This document shows positions 24,551-36,560 of a stretch of DNA of 64,000 nucleotides, piece after piece. The DNA is taken from contig CM052817.1 in assembly GCA_028534125.1 (NCBI GenBank), positions 98,954,001 to 99,018,000 on the forward strand. The letters run 5' to 3'. Position numbers and translations under genes: made by a program. Every line of letters starts with the position of its first letter. Position 1 is the stretch's first letter. The notes beneath the pieces were generated by a model, which saw only the letters and a list, made by a program, of their open reading frames with translations, did not search any database and was not told where the DNA came from. The DNA is from Lama glama. Lineage: Eukaryota.

Positions 24551-26834
24551 TGTGTGACCATGCCTATCAGCCTTTCTGAATTTCCTGAAAATCTGAAATC
24601 TGGACTATCTTTACTATGAGCTTCCCAAGGACATTATGAGGCTCCAGCAACTAGTAAGTGAAAGCTATTTGTAAAATGTTAAATATTATATGAATTTAAG
24701 TTATATAATCATGCATTCTTTGGTTATGATTCATAAATCTCATACCTAAAATATTACTATTATAAATGTTTTAACAGGAATAAAATCTGTTTAGGAACTG
24801 TACCTTTTTATTTGTTAAAGTTGCTTTTAAATGTCATTAGACTTGACGGCAGAAACATTGCTAGTTTCAGTAAAAGTGCTTTAAAAACTTTAGTGTTAAG
24901 TAATTTAATATAGTCCACCAAAATGCAAACAATAGAGCAACTATATTAGTTCATGCAATGCTCTACACATGGAATCCTGGGCCCATAATTAACCATTTAG
25001 GGTAACACTCATAAACTATACAGTGTGCAGTAAACAGGTCTACCAAGTAAATGAAAGAACCCCTAACTATTGATGCAAACTGGGACTTGATTTTAAATCT
25101 TTAGAAACAGAGGATTGTTTTAATTCTAGAAGTAGGGGAGGAGAAAGTCACATCCCTTAAATAAACAGTACATCAGGTCTCTATAAGACCTCCAATTTCC
25201 CACATGACACATGCCCATTTAGGAGCTCAAAGATCAGGTTTCATAAAATAATACACTGTTAATAACATAAGTAATTAATCATGATTGTAAACCAATGCCC
25301 CTATTAACAGGAGCTGGGAGTCTATCATATCTATTTTAAATTTTTGTTCATACCAATTTATAAGTGCCTTATTCCTGTTGGTCCCAATGAGGACACCAGG
25401 TAGAACTTGTATTTGGCCACTTGACAATCACCTGAATTCAAAAATCTTAAGTCCATATCTTCTTACATTTCCCGTATCTTGCCATCATTCTGAATAGCAG
25501 TCAAAATTATGTCACTCGTTAGAAGTGACAAAACATTATTATTAGCACGATTCCCCACTTCTTATGTATAAAAGACTGGTAATAGGCCACCTGCCCACTT
25601 TGGTTTTTGAACTCCAGAGAACACTGATCTTCTCATCAAGGCAGGGAAGATCATGAATTTTTTTTTTCTCATTTACTCCTCTCTGCTTGACTGGACAGTA
25701 ATCCCTAAAAGGGACATGATAATAACTGCTGCTTTTCATACACTGGTCATAGTCCTTCACGGCCTCTATTCTGTGCCTGAGCAAATCATCATATTTCCAG
25801 AAAAAAATAAAACACAGGTTTTTAATGATTTTTATTACTTCCTAAAGTGATATAACTTCAGATATCTTAATTGTCTAAAGAATGTAAATGGATGTATACT
25901 CCCCAGATCAACTTTCTAAAAAGGAAGTCCAGATACTAAAAATAAATGCAAGATGTGGAATGCTGGGAAATATCAAGAGCAGACCAGGCAACTTGTGTGC
26001 GACCGTTAGAGATGGGGAGACTGACTCTGAGCAAAGCTATTAGGCTGCCTTAGAGACCAGAGAAGAAAGAGCCACAAGAGTTCTGGTGAACAGAACTTAC
26101 AGCTGCAATCTAAAGGCAAGTTTAACATACACGGAGCATAGGAAAAACTTGCCATATATACTACATATCTAATGTAGTAAAAACATTGCCACATGAGGAA
26201 AGCACAAATGTCTTCAAACAGAATGACAACAATGTTATCAATATAACTAGTGTATATCTTAATGATCATTTGGAGAATAAAATAAGATGCTAGATTCAGA
26301 ATATAAAATTCACTAAAATAATTTCTTAGCTATCTTATTAATTACATACTATCAATGACTATAATACTAATATTTTAATATATTGCCATTAATTTACCCA
26401 TTAGTAAAATACACTAATAACAAACCACTACATAAAAGTAAATATTAGACCCAAATTCACTGTAAATGCCTATATACAAGAATTCCATAATAAGAAATAT
26501 CACCAGCAAGGGGCCTGAAGAAATGGCTCCTCTGTTTACAATCCACCCAACGGGAATCTGGGTTCACTGGGCCAAGGGGCACAGAACTTGGGGTCCTCCT
26601 ATGAACACACCCTGCACATGTCCCCCTGCACCTCCACATGGCTGCTGGGCAAGACCACTGGCACAGGACTGAATATTGGAAGAAAAGCTGCAGTATTTAG
26701 TGGGGGAATTTGCCACCTAGAGCCTGTATGGTCCATGCACGGGTGGGCCATGAGTGGTCTTACAGACATGAAGTCTTTGAACCTCGCTTCAAGCGAAAAA
26801 GGAAAGAGATTCCAAGTGCCATTCTGGAGTAGTG

Positions 26835-27115
26835 ACTGTTTTTAGAGCAGTGAAAATACTTTGCATGATGTTATAACGATGGATATCTATGTCATTATAT
26901 TTTTGTCCAAACTAAGATGCGCTGTGGACTCTGGTGATTTTGATGTGTCAAAGCACATTCATCCTTAGTTAAAAAAAAAAAAAAAAAGACTACCACACTG
27001 GTAAATTAAAATAATGACTATGCATATGTGTGGAGAGGGTGTATATAGGAAATTTCTGTAACTTCCTCTCAAATTTGTTGTAAACCTAAAACTGCTGGGA
27101 AAAAAAGTCTTAAAA
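26835..27115 (+). mobile_element. L1MC-type 3' UTR fragment
   Basis: 'gagcagtgaaaatactttgcatgatgttataacgatgga...gtaaacctaaaactgct'. Confidence 0.75.
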
Positions 27116-27904
27116 ACAAGAAATCTCAGGGTAGATATTTTTGGCAAAATTTTGGTTTCAGTTATATACATATATTATATATGTGTGTGTTTGTTGAATT
27201 GTGATGTAAAGTGATTTTTTAGGTCAAAAAAAGTTTGCAAGCCACTGTAGTCAAGTAACAATGGCCAAAAAAAGCAAAAATTAACCTCAAAAAAAAATTA
27301 TACCACCAGAAGCTAAAAATTTGAGTATCAAACATTTCATAGTCAAAGACAGGTCTCCGATCTTAGTAAAAAGTCACATATCCATGTTATTAGTTGAAAA
27401 AGAAATTAGGGTGGAAATGGTTCAAACAAAAAGCAAATAAAACAAGCAAAAAACGTCCAAAATGATCATCATTACTGGAAACATAACTCATAGCATATGC
27501 TCTGATGACAAATGAGCAGTGCCACGTTCTTTGTGAAAAACATCTTCAGCTGCACTATAATTAACTCTAGGAAAATATGCTGGGCTTCTTGGCTTTGTTT
27601 TCTAATATTATTCATATACCACTAGTTATTATGTTGCCAAGTAGCATTCATGAAGGTAAATAAAAAATAAACCATGAAATCCATGGATAGAGGAAAAAAC
27701 AACAATAAATAAATAATTCAGGATCACAACCTCACTCCTCAGTGGCACAGGGTCAAGCCAGCAATAGAATTGTGAGCATCACTCGACTCTATTTATAATA
27801 TTTCCAAAGTACCTGTGAACTAGCCCTCAGCAAAGTTAGAGTTCTTCTTTCCCCTTAATCATTACTTTCCTTTCAAAATAAATGCAAAACTAAAATAGTC
27901 CACA

Positions 27905-28080
27905 CAGTCTAGCAGATTTGAAAACTGTCTACCTCAGGATCACTTAGGAAGTTTGTTAGAAAATTACTCTCGGGTCTAATTTGCTAGACGTCCGGGATCA
28001 ATTTTAACAAGCATGCATGGGATGCTGGTAGCTGCATTCCTAATAAACTCTTAAACACTAAAAGTTTGAGAACTTCCAAC
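27905..28080. mobile_element. MER5-family hAT MITE, decayed
   Basis: 'ggatcacttaggaagtttgttagaaa...ttttaacaagca...aaagtttgagaac'. Confidence 0.55.
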
Positions 28081-28354
28081 TAAAAAGAAAATCTGTATTT
28101 TACATAAAATGCACACATTAGTAATATAAAAAAAGACACCTTTTCACTTTTCTTAATTAAGCACACTTTGTTTTTTTAACACTATTCTTCAGGAAAATAG
28201 CTTGAAAAGATAAACTTCAGTGGTCTTAATCTAACAGACTCTTATAAAGGTACCACTAATATGATTTATGCCTAACTCTAAAACTCCTAAAACTTTCCTA
28301 AGATAATTTAAATCCCTTTACACAACTTATGAATTAAAATGGCAACTGGTGTGC

Positions 28355-29045
28355 TTCTTTTTAAAAACTGAAATATAATTCATATGCCATAGAATTCACC
28401 CTTCTACAGTGTACAATTCAGTGGGTTTTAGTATATTCACAAAGCTGTGCAACCATCATCACTAATTTTCGTTTCATTACATCACAACAAAAAGAAACTC
28501 CATACACATTAGCACCCACTCCCCATTTCCCCACCTCCACCTGCTGGTAACCACTAATTTACCTTGTCTTTCTTTGGGTTTTCCTATTCTGGATATTTCA
28601 TGTATAAATGGAACCATATAATATGTGGTCTTTTGTGTCTGGATTCTTTCACTTAGCATAATGTTTTCATGTACATCCATGGTGTAGCATGTATCAGCTG
28701 ACAGACATTTGGGTTGTTTCCATTCTTAGGCTATCATGAATAAAGCTACTATGAACAATAATGTATATATTTTTGTGTGGAACTATGTTCACAACTCTCT
28801 TGGGTATACAGTTTGCCCTCTGTACCTGCAGGTTCTGATCTACAGATTCAGTGAACTATGGACCCAAGCTAAATCTGCAGATGCAGAACCTGACTTATAC
28901 AGAGGGCCAGCTATAAGGGACTCAAGCATTAGAGGACTATGCTGTCCAGGGGGTCCTGGAACCAATCCCCTGTGGATACTGTATACCTAAGAGATGAATT
29001 GCTGGGTCATATCGTAACTCTGTACGTAACTTTTTGATTGCCTAT
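28355..29045 (-). mobile_element. L1MB-type 3' end, interrupted by a Tigger MITE
   Basis: 'tgaaatataattcatatgccatagaattcaccc...gtacaattcagtgggttttagtatattcacaaagctgtgcaaccatca' and 'ctcttgggta|tacctaagagatgaattgctgggtcatat'. Confidence 0.9.
28809..28981. mobile_element. TcMar-Tigger MITE (MER2/Tigger2-like) with TA target duplication
   Basis: Starts cagtttgccctctgta, ends ggggtcctggaaccaatcccctgtggatactg, with TA on both sides. Removing it restores the L1 sequence gggtatacctaagag. Confidence 0.85.
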
Positions 29046-30109
29046 CAATAATTGCAAACAGTGTGTCTAAAAAGGTGGCAGTTTCTCTATACCTTTGATA
29101 GACATCAATGTATACACTCTGCTTGATGTTTTAAAATTAGTTAAGGACTTGATGGCACCACTTGGGCAACTATGATTTATTTTGCAGTCCCCAAGACAAT
29201 TCAGGTGGTTTCATACTCTGTCTCCATGGAAGATCCAAAAATAATTTTCAATGAGAAAAATAAAAAATGAAAATACAATATACAAACATATAATTCACAG
29301 GTAAAAGAACTGAAGGCAACTAATTTTAACAAAGTTTAAGCATGCTAAGGCAAGAGAGTAGCCTTGAAGTCTTGCTTTTTTGCCAGCAAAGATTTGCTAG
29401 AAAACTGCTCAAGAAAGAGAGGAGACACACAGAAGACTGGAATGACACGAGAAAGCCCCTCTCTGAGGCCAAAAGGATTGTGGCTCTGAAAAGTTAAGTT
29501 GTCAATATTCATAGGGTTCTTGTGCTATTTTCCAATGCAAATTAAGCCAATAGTTTCTAAGATAGTTAGCTAAATTTAAAATTATCATAGACCTTCAAAA
29601 GTCAACAGTAGTAGAGAAATTCAATTGAGTCTTTAAAAATAATACACTAGAAAGTAACAAAAATGGAAAACGTGGCCTGAACTGCTGACACACTTTTTAA
29701 AACATTTCTAATATTCATAGGAGCCAACCCACTCATGATAACAACAAACACAGAAATGAGAGCAGAAATTTTGTGGGCAGCCAAAAAATGATGGCAAACA
29801 AGTATTAAAATATGACAAGATGATTTGTATTGCAACATCTACGCAAACTCTACTTCAGCTTTTACCAGATCTACTGATATCTGTTTCTGGTTTTAGATAC
29901 ATCCAGAAAAAGAATACTTAGTAACTCATTTCAAATTAGCATTTCTTAAGGATGATTATATGAACATTATCAAAGAGTACTGCATGCAGAAATCAGACAG
30001 TATTGTTCAAAGTGGTGCTAAAAAAGGACACTGCTTTTTAAAAATTCATTTACTTATGTCACCAAAGGAAAAATTACTTAAAATAATAACTATTTTGGGG
30101 TCAATTTTC

Positions 30110-30255
30110 TCTTTTTTTTCATTTTTTGTTTGTTTTGGAGGGAGGTAATTAGGTTTATTTATTTACTTGTTTATTTAGTGGAGGTACTGGGAATTGAACC
30201 CAGGACCTTGGGCATGCTAAGCATGCACTCTACCACTGAGCTATACCCTCCCCCC
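30110..30255 (-). mobile_element. Camelid tRNA-derived SINE (Vic-1-like)
   Basis: The minus strand reads GGGGAGGGTATAGCTCAGTGGTAGAGTGCATGCTTAGCATGCCCAAGGTCCTGGGTTCAATTCCCAGTACCTCC (Pol III A and B boxes) followed by an A-rich tail. TSD tggggtcaattt at 30096 and 30256. Confidence 0.9.
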
Positions 30256-31069
30256 TGGGGTCAATTTCTCTATAGGCATCTTAAAAAAAACAACTTTTCA
30301 AGGTCATGAGCACTTACATAATTTATAGACGTTTGCCATGTAGGTATCATGTAACTCTTATATGACTGAAGCATCTCAGGGCAATGAATGCATATGAATA
30401 AAAGGTATATGAAGGACCAAGAGCATCACTGCTGTATTCTTGGTACTTGTAACACCGAAAAAGCTTACCAGAATGGAGGTAGCAACTGCTAGCTTCCTGA
30501 AGGCAGAGTTTTTAAAAGTGTGCTTAAATCAGAGCAATATGTTATCAAAAATAATTTCTAAATGCCAAACTGTCAATCCCCAAACATCTGCCTTACGGGG
30601 GCGGTGGAAATGGGATGTGTGTGTGGCATTACAATGTGGCAGGGATCGTATGTGTAGCTTAAAAAATATTTAATTTATTATAAGAAGATATCTGTTGCTT
30701 ACTGTTTCCTCACTACAAACATTAAGGAACAGTAGTGCAGTTTTCCTACCTATTTAAAAACTGTGAAACACTGATATACACAGAACCTTCTTTTCTGAAG
30801 ATCTTTAAACTCAGAATATATACTTAGGAGTGTGATACGCAGACCCTCCTCTCTTTTCCTGCCTCCATCCACCTTTCCCCTTTCTCAGCAAACGGACAGA
30901 AGGGCAGAGACTCTGGGCTAAGGTTCAGAAAAGGTGACTAACTTCTTCTGGGTTGATGCTTCCTTTAAACATAAAGCCAACCTTAAACCTTACAACCTAA
31001 ACAAAACCAAAAACACATTTAGGGGACTACAATGAGAAAGAAATTTTGTACCTTTAAAATGCAGACTTA

Positions 31070-31267
31070 CACAGAGATCTACATTCAATATCTTGTAGAA
31101 ACTTATGGTGAAAAAGAATATGAAAATGAACCTCTGTATGTTCATGTATGACTGAAGCATTTATGCTGGACACCAGAAAATTGACACATTGTGAATTGAC
31201 ACAACATTGTAAACTGACTATACTTCAATTTAAAAAAAAATATATATATATATAAAGAAAAAAAAAG
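31070..31267 (+). mobile_element. Camelid-type L1 3' end with degenerate TSD
   Basis: Same tail as 20009. Flanks are taaaatgcagactta (31055) and taaaatccagaatta (31268). A small internal duplication of aattgacac is present. Confidence 0.88.
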
Positions 31268-33763
31268 TAAAATCCAGAATTAATTGCGGAGGAAGAGTAA
31301 AACAATATACATCTTGGTTAAACATGGTTACAGAAAAAGAATATACAATTGGTTAGATTTATAAAACACAAACTTCACCTAAACTTTCTCCCCACAAGAA
31401 AGCATTAAAATAAGGGAAAGTGAGGGTAGAAGGGGGTAAGGGCTTTAAAGGACTCATTCAGGTCTATTGCGATACTATGAATTTTTCATGTTTTTGTTTT
31501 GCAGACATTTGGAACTGTCCTATAGGCTCTGTCAGCCGTTAATAAATAAGACCTGCAGAGCACTGTTATTATTCTTAATCCCCAAATTAACAAGTATTAT
31601 CTTTACTTCCTAACCTTTGGGTTACAAGTCTTAGATGATAAATTTCTGAAAGATGTTTACAAATCATTCCTTGAAAAATGAAAAGCTAACATTCGTAGAA
31701 TATTCAGAAGGGAGTGAGTTTGAAAAATAACTCAAAATGCATATTCAAATAATTTCAGGCAAAAGATAAAACAAACAAACAAAAAACACCTAAGTGGCTT
31801 TTCTTTTCCTTATGAAACATTTGTTGGAAATACTTCTTAACTTTTCCCACATTATGTATTGTCTTGAAGAAGTAGACCTGTGTAAATACAAAACTTACAA
31901 ATCTGCATATAAAAGCAAAAAACAAAAGATTCCCACCATCGTAAAACCTATAATATAGAATCTGCATTATAACCAGACGTGGGCAAGAAGACTAAGGTAC
32001 AAAAAACTGAAAGCCTTATGTTTTGCTGATCCAGCCAAAATACTGCGCCAACTTGTTTATTTTTTAGAAGTTGCTATTGTTTTCTTTTCTGCTTCAAATA
32101 TTTGCATAAGTCTGAGGCATCTACCATACTAAAAGCAAAAAGGAAAAAAAAAATCATCAGAAAGATTATAAAGAGAGTAAAAGGAAAATAAAAGCACAGT
32201 CAAGGAAATGGATAAAGAGGAAAAGAGAAAAGGAAGATGGACAGACGTAGGAAGGAGGGAAGAGGGGGTAAATTGGCTTAGTCAAGCTCTCTTGGGACAG
32301 TGTGCTGAGTTACCAGACCAGAAATGAGGGGTTGAAAGCTACTACTGATAACTGGTGGAGGCTGAAAGTGCTACTTAAGTGCTTGATGTCTGTCGGAAAA
32401 AGAGGGAGGAGAGGTCTGAGACAGAGGATGCCAAGTGCATTCCCAGCCAGCAGAGTAAAAAGGAAGCATTAACAGTAGCCTCAGGGGAAGCTAAACCGGC
32501 TATCCCACGAGCCAGAGGGCAAATGTGGCAATAGCAGTGAGTAGCAGCTGGATGAAGGAATAAAGGAGCCACAGGAAAACTGGCAGCTTTAGACATACAG
32601 GGCTGACTAGGTCTTGTCTTGGTACTGAGAGGAACAAACTGCCTGGAAATAACACTGTCATCTTTCTGCTGCCTGTGGGTTACTAACCAGCAACTGGGAA
32701 GCAATAGGAAGTTTGCCCAACTGTACTAGATTCTGATTTAACTCTGTAGGACAACAGCTCTGCTGAAAAGGCATGACTAAGATACTGTCAGTGTTTAGCT
32801 TTCCAATAATCAAAATCAGCTTTCTTCATAAATACCTAAATAGTACTTCAAAATATTTTAAATGAAGAAAAAAATACTTAAAATACCTTTTGCTAACACT
32901 GTATTTCCTTAATGCTTTCTTAACATTTTTTTCATATAGCATAATTTAACAAACTAAAAAGGACACATATCAACATGTGTATTAGTGACTCTACGGTACT
33001 CACGAGAAATGAACAGAAACATGAAAATCTTTAGAGAAACTACTGAAATTATAGTCTCTCATATTATTTTCATTCATCTTTTGCCATTAAAATGTTCAAA
33101 ATACTGTCAGAAGGCAATCTATATTACCTTTCTACAGTTTCAGAATGTAAGGTAAAATATTAGAGACTTCTTTTAAATAAGTATCTGCTCAGTATTTCAG
33201 TATAATATCCAAAGATAAGATCACCAAACACAGTATTTTTTCAAATTACTGGGCTTGATATATTTGATAAACTGCAATTTGTAATTGATTCAGTAAAACT
33301 CCCTTGGCCTGAAAGTCAGTCAGTCCTCTCTTTTCTTCTTAAGGATTAAGCTCATTTAAGATTGATGTTATGAAAACAGTTAGATCCTAGTCCTGGAAGA
33401 ATTTCACACATTTAAGGAAATCAAGTTGAGAAGTAAGAAATCTCAATTAAGCTGTAAAAATTCCTATAGAAAAGGAATTTGAGTGGTGGGAGGGGCTAGA
33501 GCAGGAGAAAAGTTCGTCAAGGAAGTAAAATTCAAGATAGTCCCTAAACTACAGACAACATTCGGGTAAAAATTATTTGAAAACAGTGATATGAAAATAA
33601 CATTAATATGAAAAGCAGAAGTAATAATGCAACTATATTTCTGTAGCATTACCACTGGAAAATTAGATTTGACAGCTATTCCAACTAGATTACAGAAAGT
33701 ACCAAAGCTAAAGAAAGTCATGACTCTAAAGTAGGCTAGGAAGACCGGGGGCGGGGCGGGGGG

Positions 33764-34123
33764 TTATCTTAGTGTGCTCAGGCTGCCACAACAAAATGCC
33801 CCAGACCGAGAGGCACAAACAACAGAAATTTACTTTCTCAGAGCTCTGGGGACTGGAAAATCTAAGATAAAGGTTTTAGCAGGGTTCAGCATCTAGTGAG
33901 AACTCTCTTCATTATTTTCAGGACTTGTAGACTTCTGTGTCCTCCCATGACAGAGTGGTCTCTGGTGTCTCCTCCTCTTGTATAAAGACGTAAGTTCTAT
34001 TAGATCATGATTCCACACTTATGACCCCATTTAACCCTCAATACTTCCTTAAAGGCCTTATCTCCAACAGAGGCGGGTAGGGTTACAAGGTATGAATTTT
34101 GGAGGGACAATACAGTCCACAGT
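33764..34123 (-). mobile_element. MaLR solo LTR (MLT1A/A0-like)
   Basis: 'tcaggctgccacaacaaaatgccccagac...aacaacagaaatttactttctcagagctctgggg...tatgaattttggagggacaatacagtcc'. Confidence 0.88.
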
Positions 34124-34276
34124 AGGGAGTGTCATTAGAAGTTTCCAAACAAGTGATAAAAGGATTAAGTGAGGTTGGATGCAATCAAATGCTTAAATTA
34201 GTTTATGAATATCATACAAGAGGAAGTATAAACTCCAATAAGGTAGGGACTTTATTTTGAACCATTGTATCACAAG

Positions 34277-34473
34277 AGCTGCATTGTCAATATGGTAGCC
34301 ACCAGCCAAATGTAGCTATTTAAATTTAAGTTAGTTAAAACTGAAAATGCAATTTCTTAGTAATATTAGTGACATTTCAAGGGCTCAAAAGCTACATGTG
34401 GCTAGTGGCAGTCATGACGAATGGTGCAGAGTTCTATCATCATAGAAAATTTCAATGGACAAGACTGTTCTAG
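34277..34473. mobile_element. MER3 (hAT-Charlie) inserted in an L2 3' tail
   Basis: 'caatatggtagccaccagccaaatgtagctatttaaatttaa...tacatgtggctagtggc...atcatagaaaatttcaatggacaagactg'. L2 tail sequence lies on both sides (about 34225-34515). Confidence 0.85.
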
Positions 34474-35924
34474 AGCCTAGAGAGGTATGTGACATTAACT
34501 GTTGGATGAAGAAAGAAATGTAAGGAACTATTAACATGCATGGTTCAAGGTGACTAGTGTTACATGAAGGAAAAGGAATGATATCTGCAATTTATACTTT
34601 TTATGAAAGATACAAAAGAATCACTTGCAACCTAGCAAGAGTCTCTTACCTCTACAGAGGCAGTAAAGTTTAATGTTACGAAGATTTAAATTAAGTATTT
34701 CTGTAGGAGATTAAGATAATACTGTCCAGAATTTTGCTTTCTTATAATCTGAATCAAAAGAGGAATCAAACTTTAGAGACAAAGCAAGAGTGTGTCTCAT
34801 ACCCTCACTCCCATGTACCAGCCATCTTACTGAAGCCACTGTAAGTGGCAGGATCAATATTGCATGGGTTCATCAGCAAGTTCCTACCGCAACGACTGTC
34901 AGTCTGTTGTGAGAATACTAGGATATGGATTTCTATTTTTGTTTAGATCATTTTTTTTTTGCCAGTGGATGAGGATGGATGGCATATCTGTAACTAATGT
35001 TTATTTATTCATATAAGAGCTTCTAACTTTCAAGCACTTGGAAATGCACCAAGTTCAGTGCCATTACAAAGCATTCTGACTGGTAATTCCATCTTATACT
35101 TTGATAGTTTAGTAGATAATTTGATTATCACACAAATTAAATAAAGGAGGGTTCCTTCTGTAAGGGGTTATGATTTTTCTGCAACTCTCATAAAAAAAGT
35201 TAGCCTATTTTCCTGGTAAGAACAATACCAGAGAATATACTTTCTCTAAACTTGCCCAATCCTTCCATTTTCTTCACAAATTTAAACCACAGAACATGCT
35301 CTCCCTGGACTTACACTTTGGCCATCTTTTCTGAGAACTGAAAAAGGTAAACCAATCTCTTCAATATGCTTCTCATACTTTAGATCATTTTTGCCACAAC
35401 ACATTCCCCTCCCTTGTGACTTATGTCTGCCAATCTCTGATGACTGCCGAAGTCCAGAGCAACCTCACTTTAGGAGTGACCTTACCGCTAACTGTGAATA
35501 CAGTTTTTTCTCTAGTTACTCTAGAACCCTTGACCTTTCCTCTCTTCCACAAATAGTTCTTGTTCCATAGGCAACAGGACAGAAAACACCCAAATATTCC
35601 CTCCTCAAGGAGCACAAATTCACTCTCTCACTTTCTTCTTTCCTTCTGCCACTGGGTGCCCATTTCTTTGACCTATTAATGCCTTCATTCTTCTGAAGTG
35701 AAATCAGGAAAGGAACACAAAGGATGACAAAGACAGTTTTAATCAACTAATGTGATAGTCATAAGTCTTCAAAAACAACTGTTATATTAGAATCTCCCAA
35801 GTCAAAACCAGGAATTTTCTTCTAGCATATTCTATAATATCAATGTCCTATTTGCTATTATTTTGTAGTATTAACTACTAATTGTTTCCAATTATGCATT
35901 TTATCCTTCTTACACTTCACAACA

Positions 35925-36330
35925 GACCATCCTCCTTGCAGTTTTAGGAAACCCAGCTTGAAATTACACTTCTCAAACTCCCACGCAGCTAAGAGTGACA
36001 GTGTGACTAAGTTAGAAGTTAGGATGTGAGTGGAAGTGAGGTACCCAACTTCCTAGTCACATCCTTTAAAAAAAAGAAGCTGCTTGTCCTCTACTTACGC
36101 TTGTCCCTTCCAAATGAACAGAATGTGAATTTGAAAGGTGACTGCAAAAGAAGAACGAGGCTGAGGCAACAGTGGAACAAGTCAGAAGGAACCTAGTGAC
36201 ATAATGGATTAGAGTTTTTTCTAATTCCTTGGATTGACTACCGGCTCAGACTTTACCCAAGAAGGAAACCTCCCATCCCCATTTAAACAATTACTCTTTG
36301 GTCTGTATGAAAGCTATAAATCATAAAACC
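35925..36330 (+). mobile_element. MaLR LTR (MLT1J/K-like), decayed
   Basis: 'gcagctaagagtgacagtgtgactaagtt...gatgtgagtggaagtg...ggaacaagtcagaaggaacctag'. Confidence 0.6.
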
Positions 36331-36450
36331 AGCAGCAAAAAATAGTTATATTTAGAAAAACAGGATATAGATACAGTCTAAAGAGGCAATACAATCAGAT
36401 GGAAGCCATAAAAGATCAATTGCACTCAAACATAAAATGTATCTCTTAGA

Positions 36451-36560
36451 TGAATATGAAAATGAATATATGCATGTATATGTATGACTGAAACATTACG
36501 CTGTACACCAGAAACTGAGACACACTGTAAACTAACTATACTTCAATAAAAAGGAATGGA
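36451..36560 (+). mobile_element. Camelid-type L1 3' end with 17-bp TSD
   Basis: 'gaatatgaaaatgaatatatgcatgtatatgtatgactgaaacattacgctgtacaccagaaac'. Flanks aaaatgtatctcttaga (36434) and aaaatgtatttcttaga (36561). Confidence 0.9.

Noticed and set aside
30170..30255. tRNA-Ala-like gene (also near 62935-63008 and 63890-63965)
   Set aside because: These are SINE heads with A-rich tails and TSDs, not tRNA genes.
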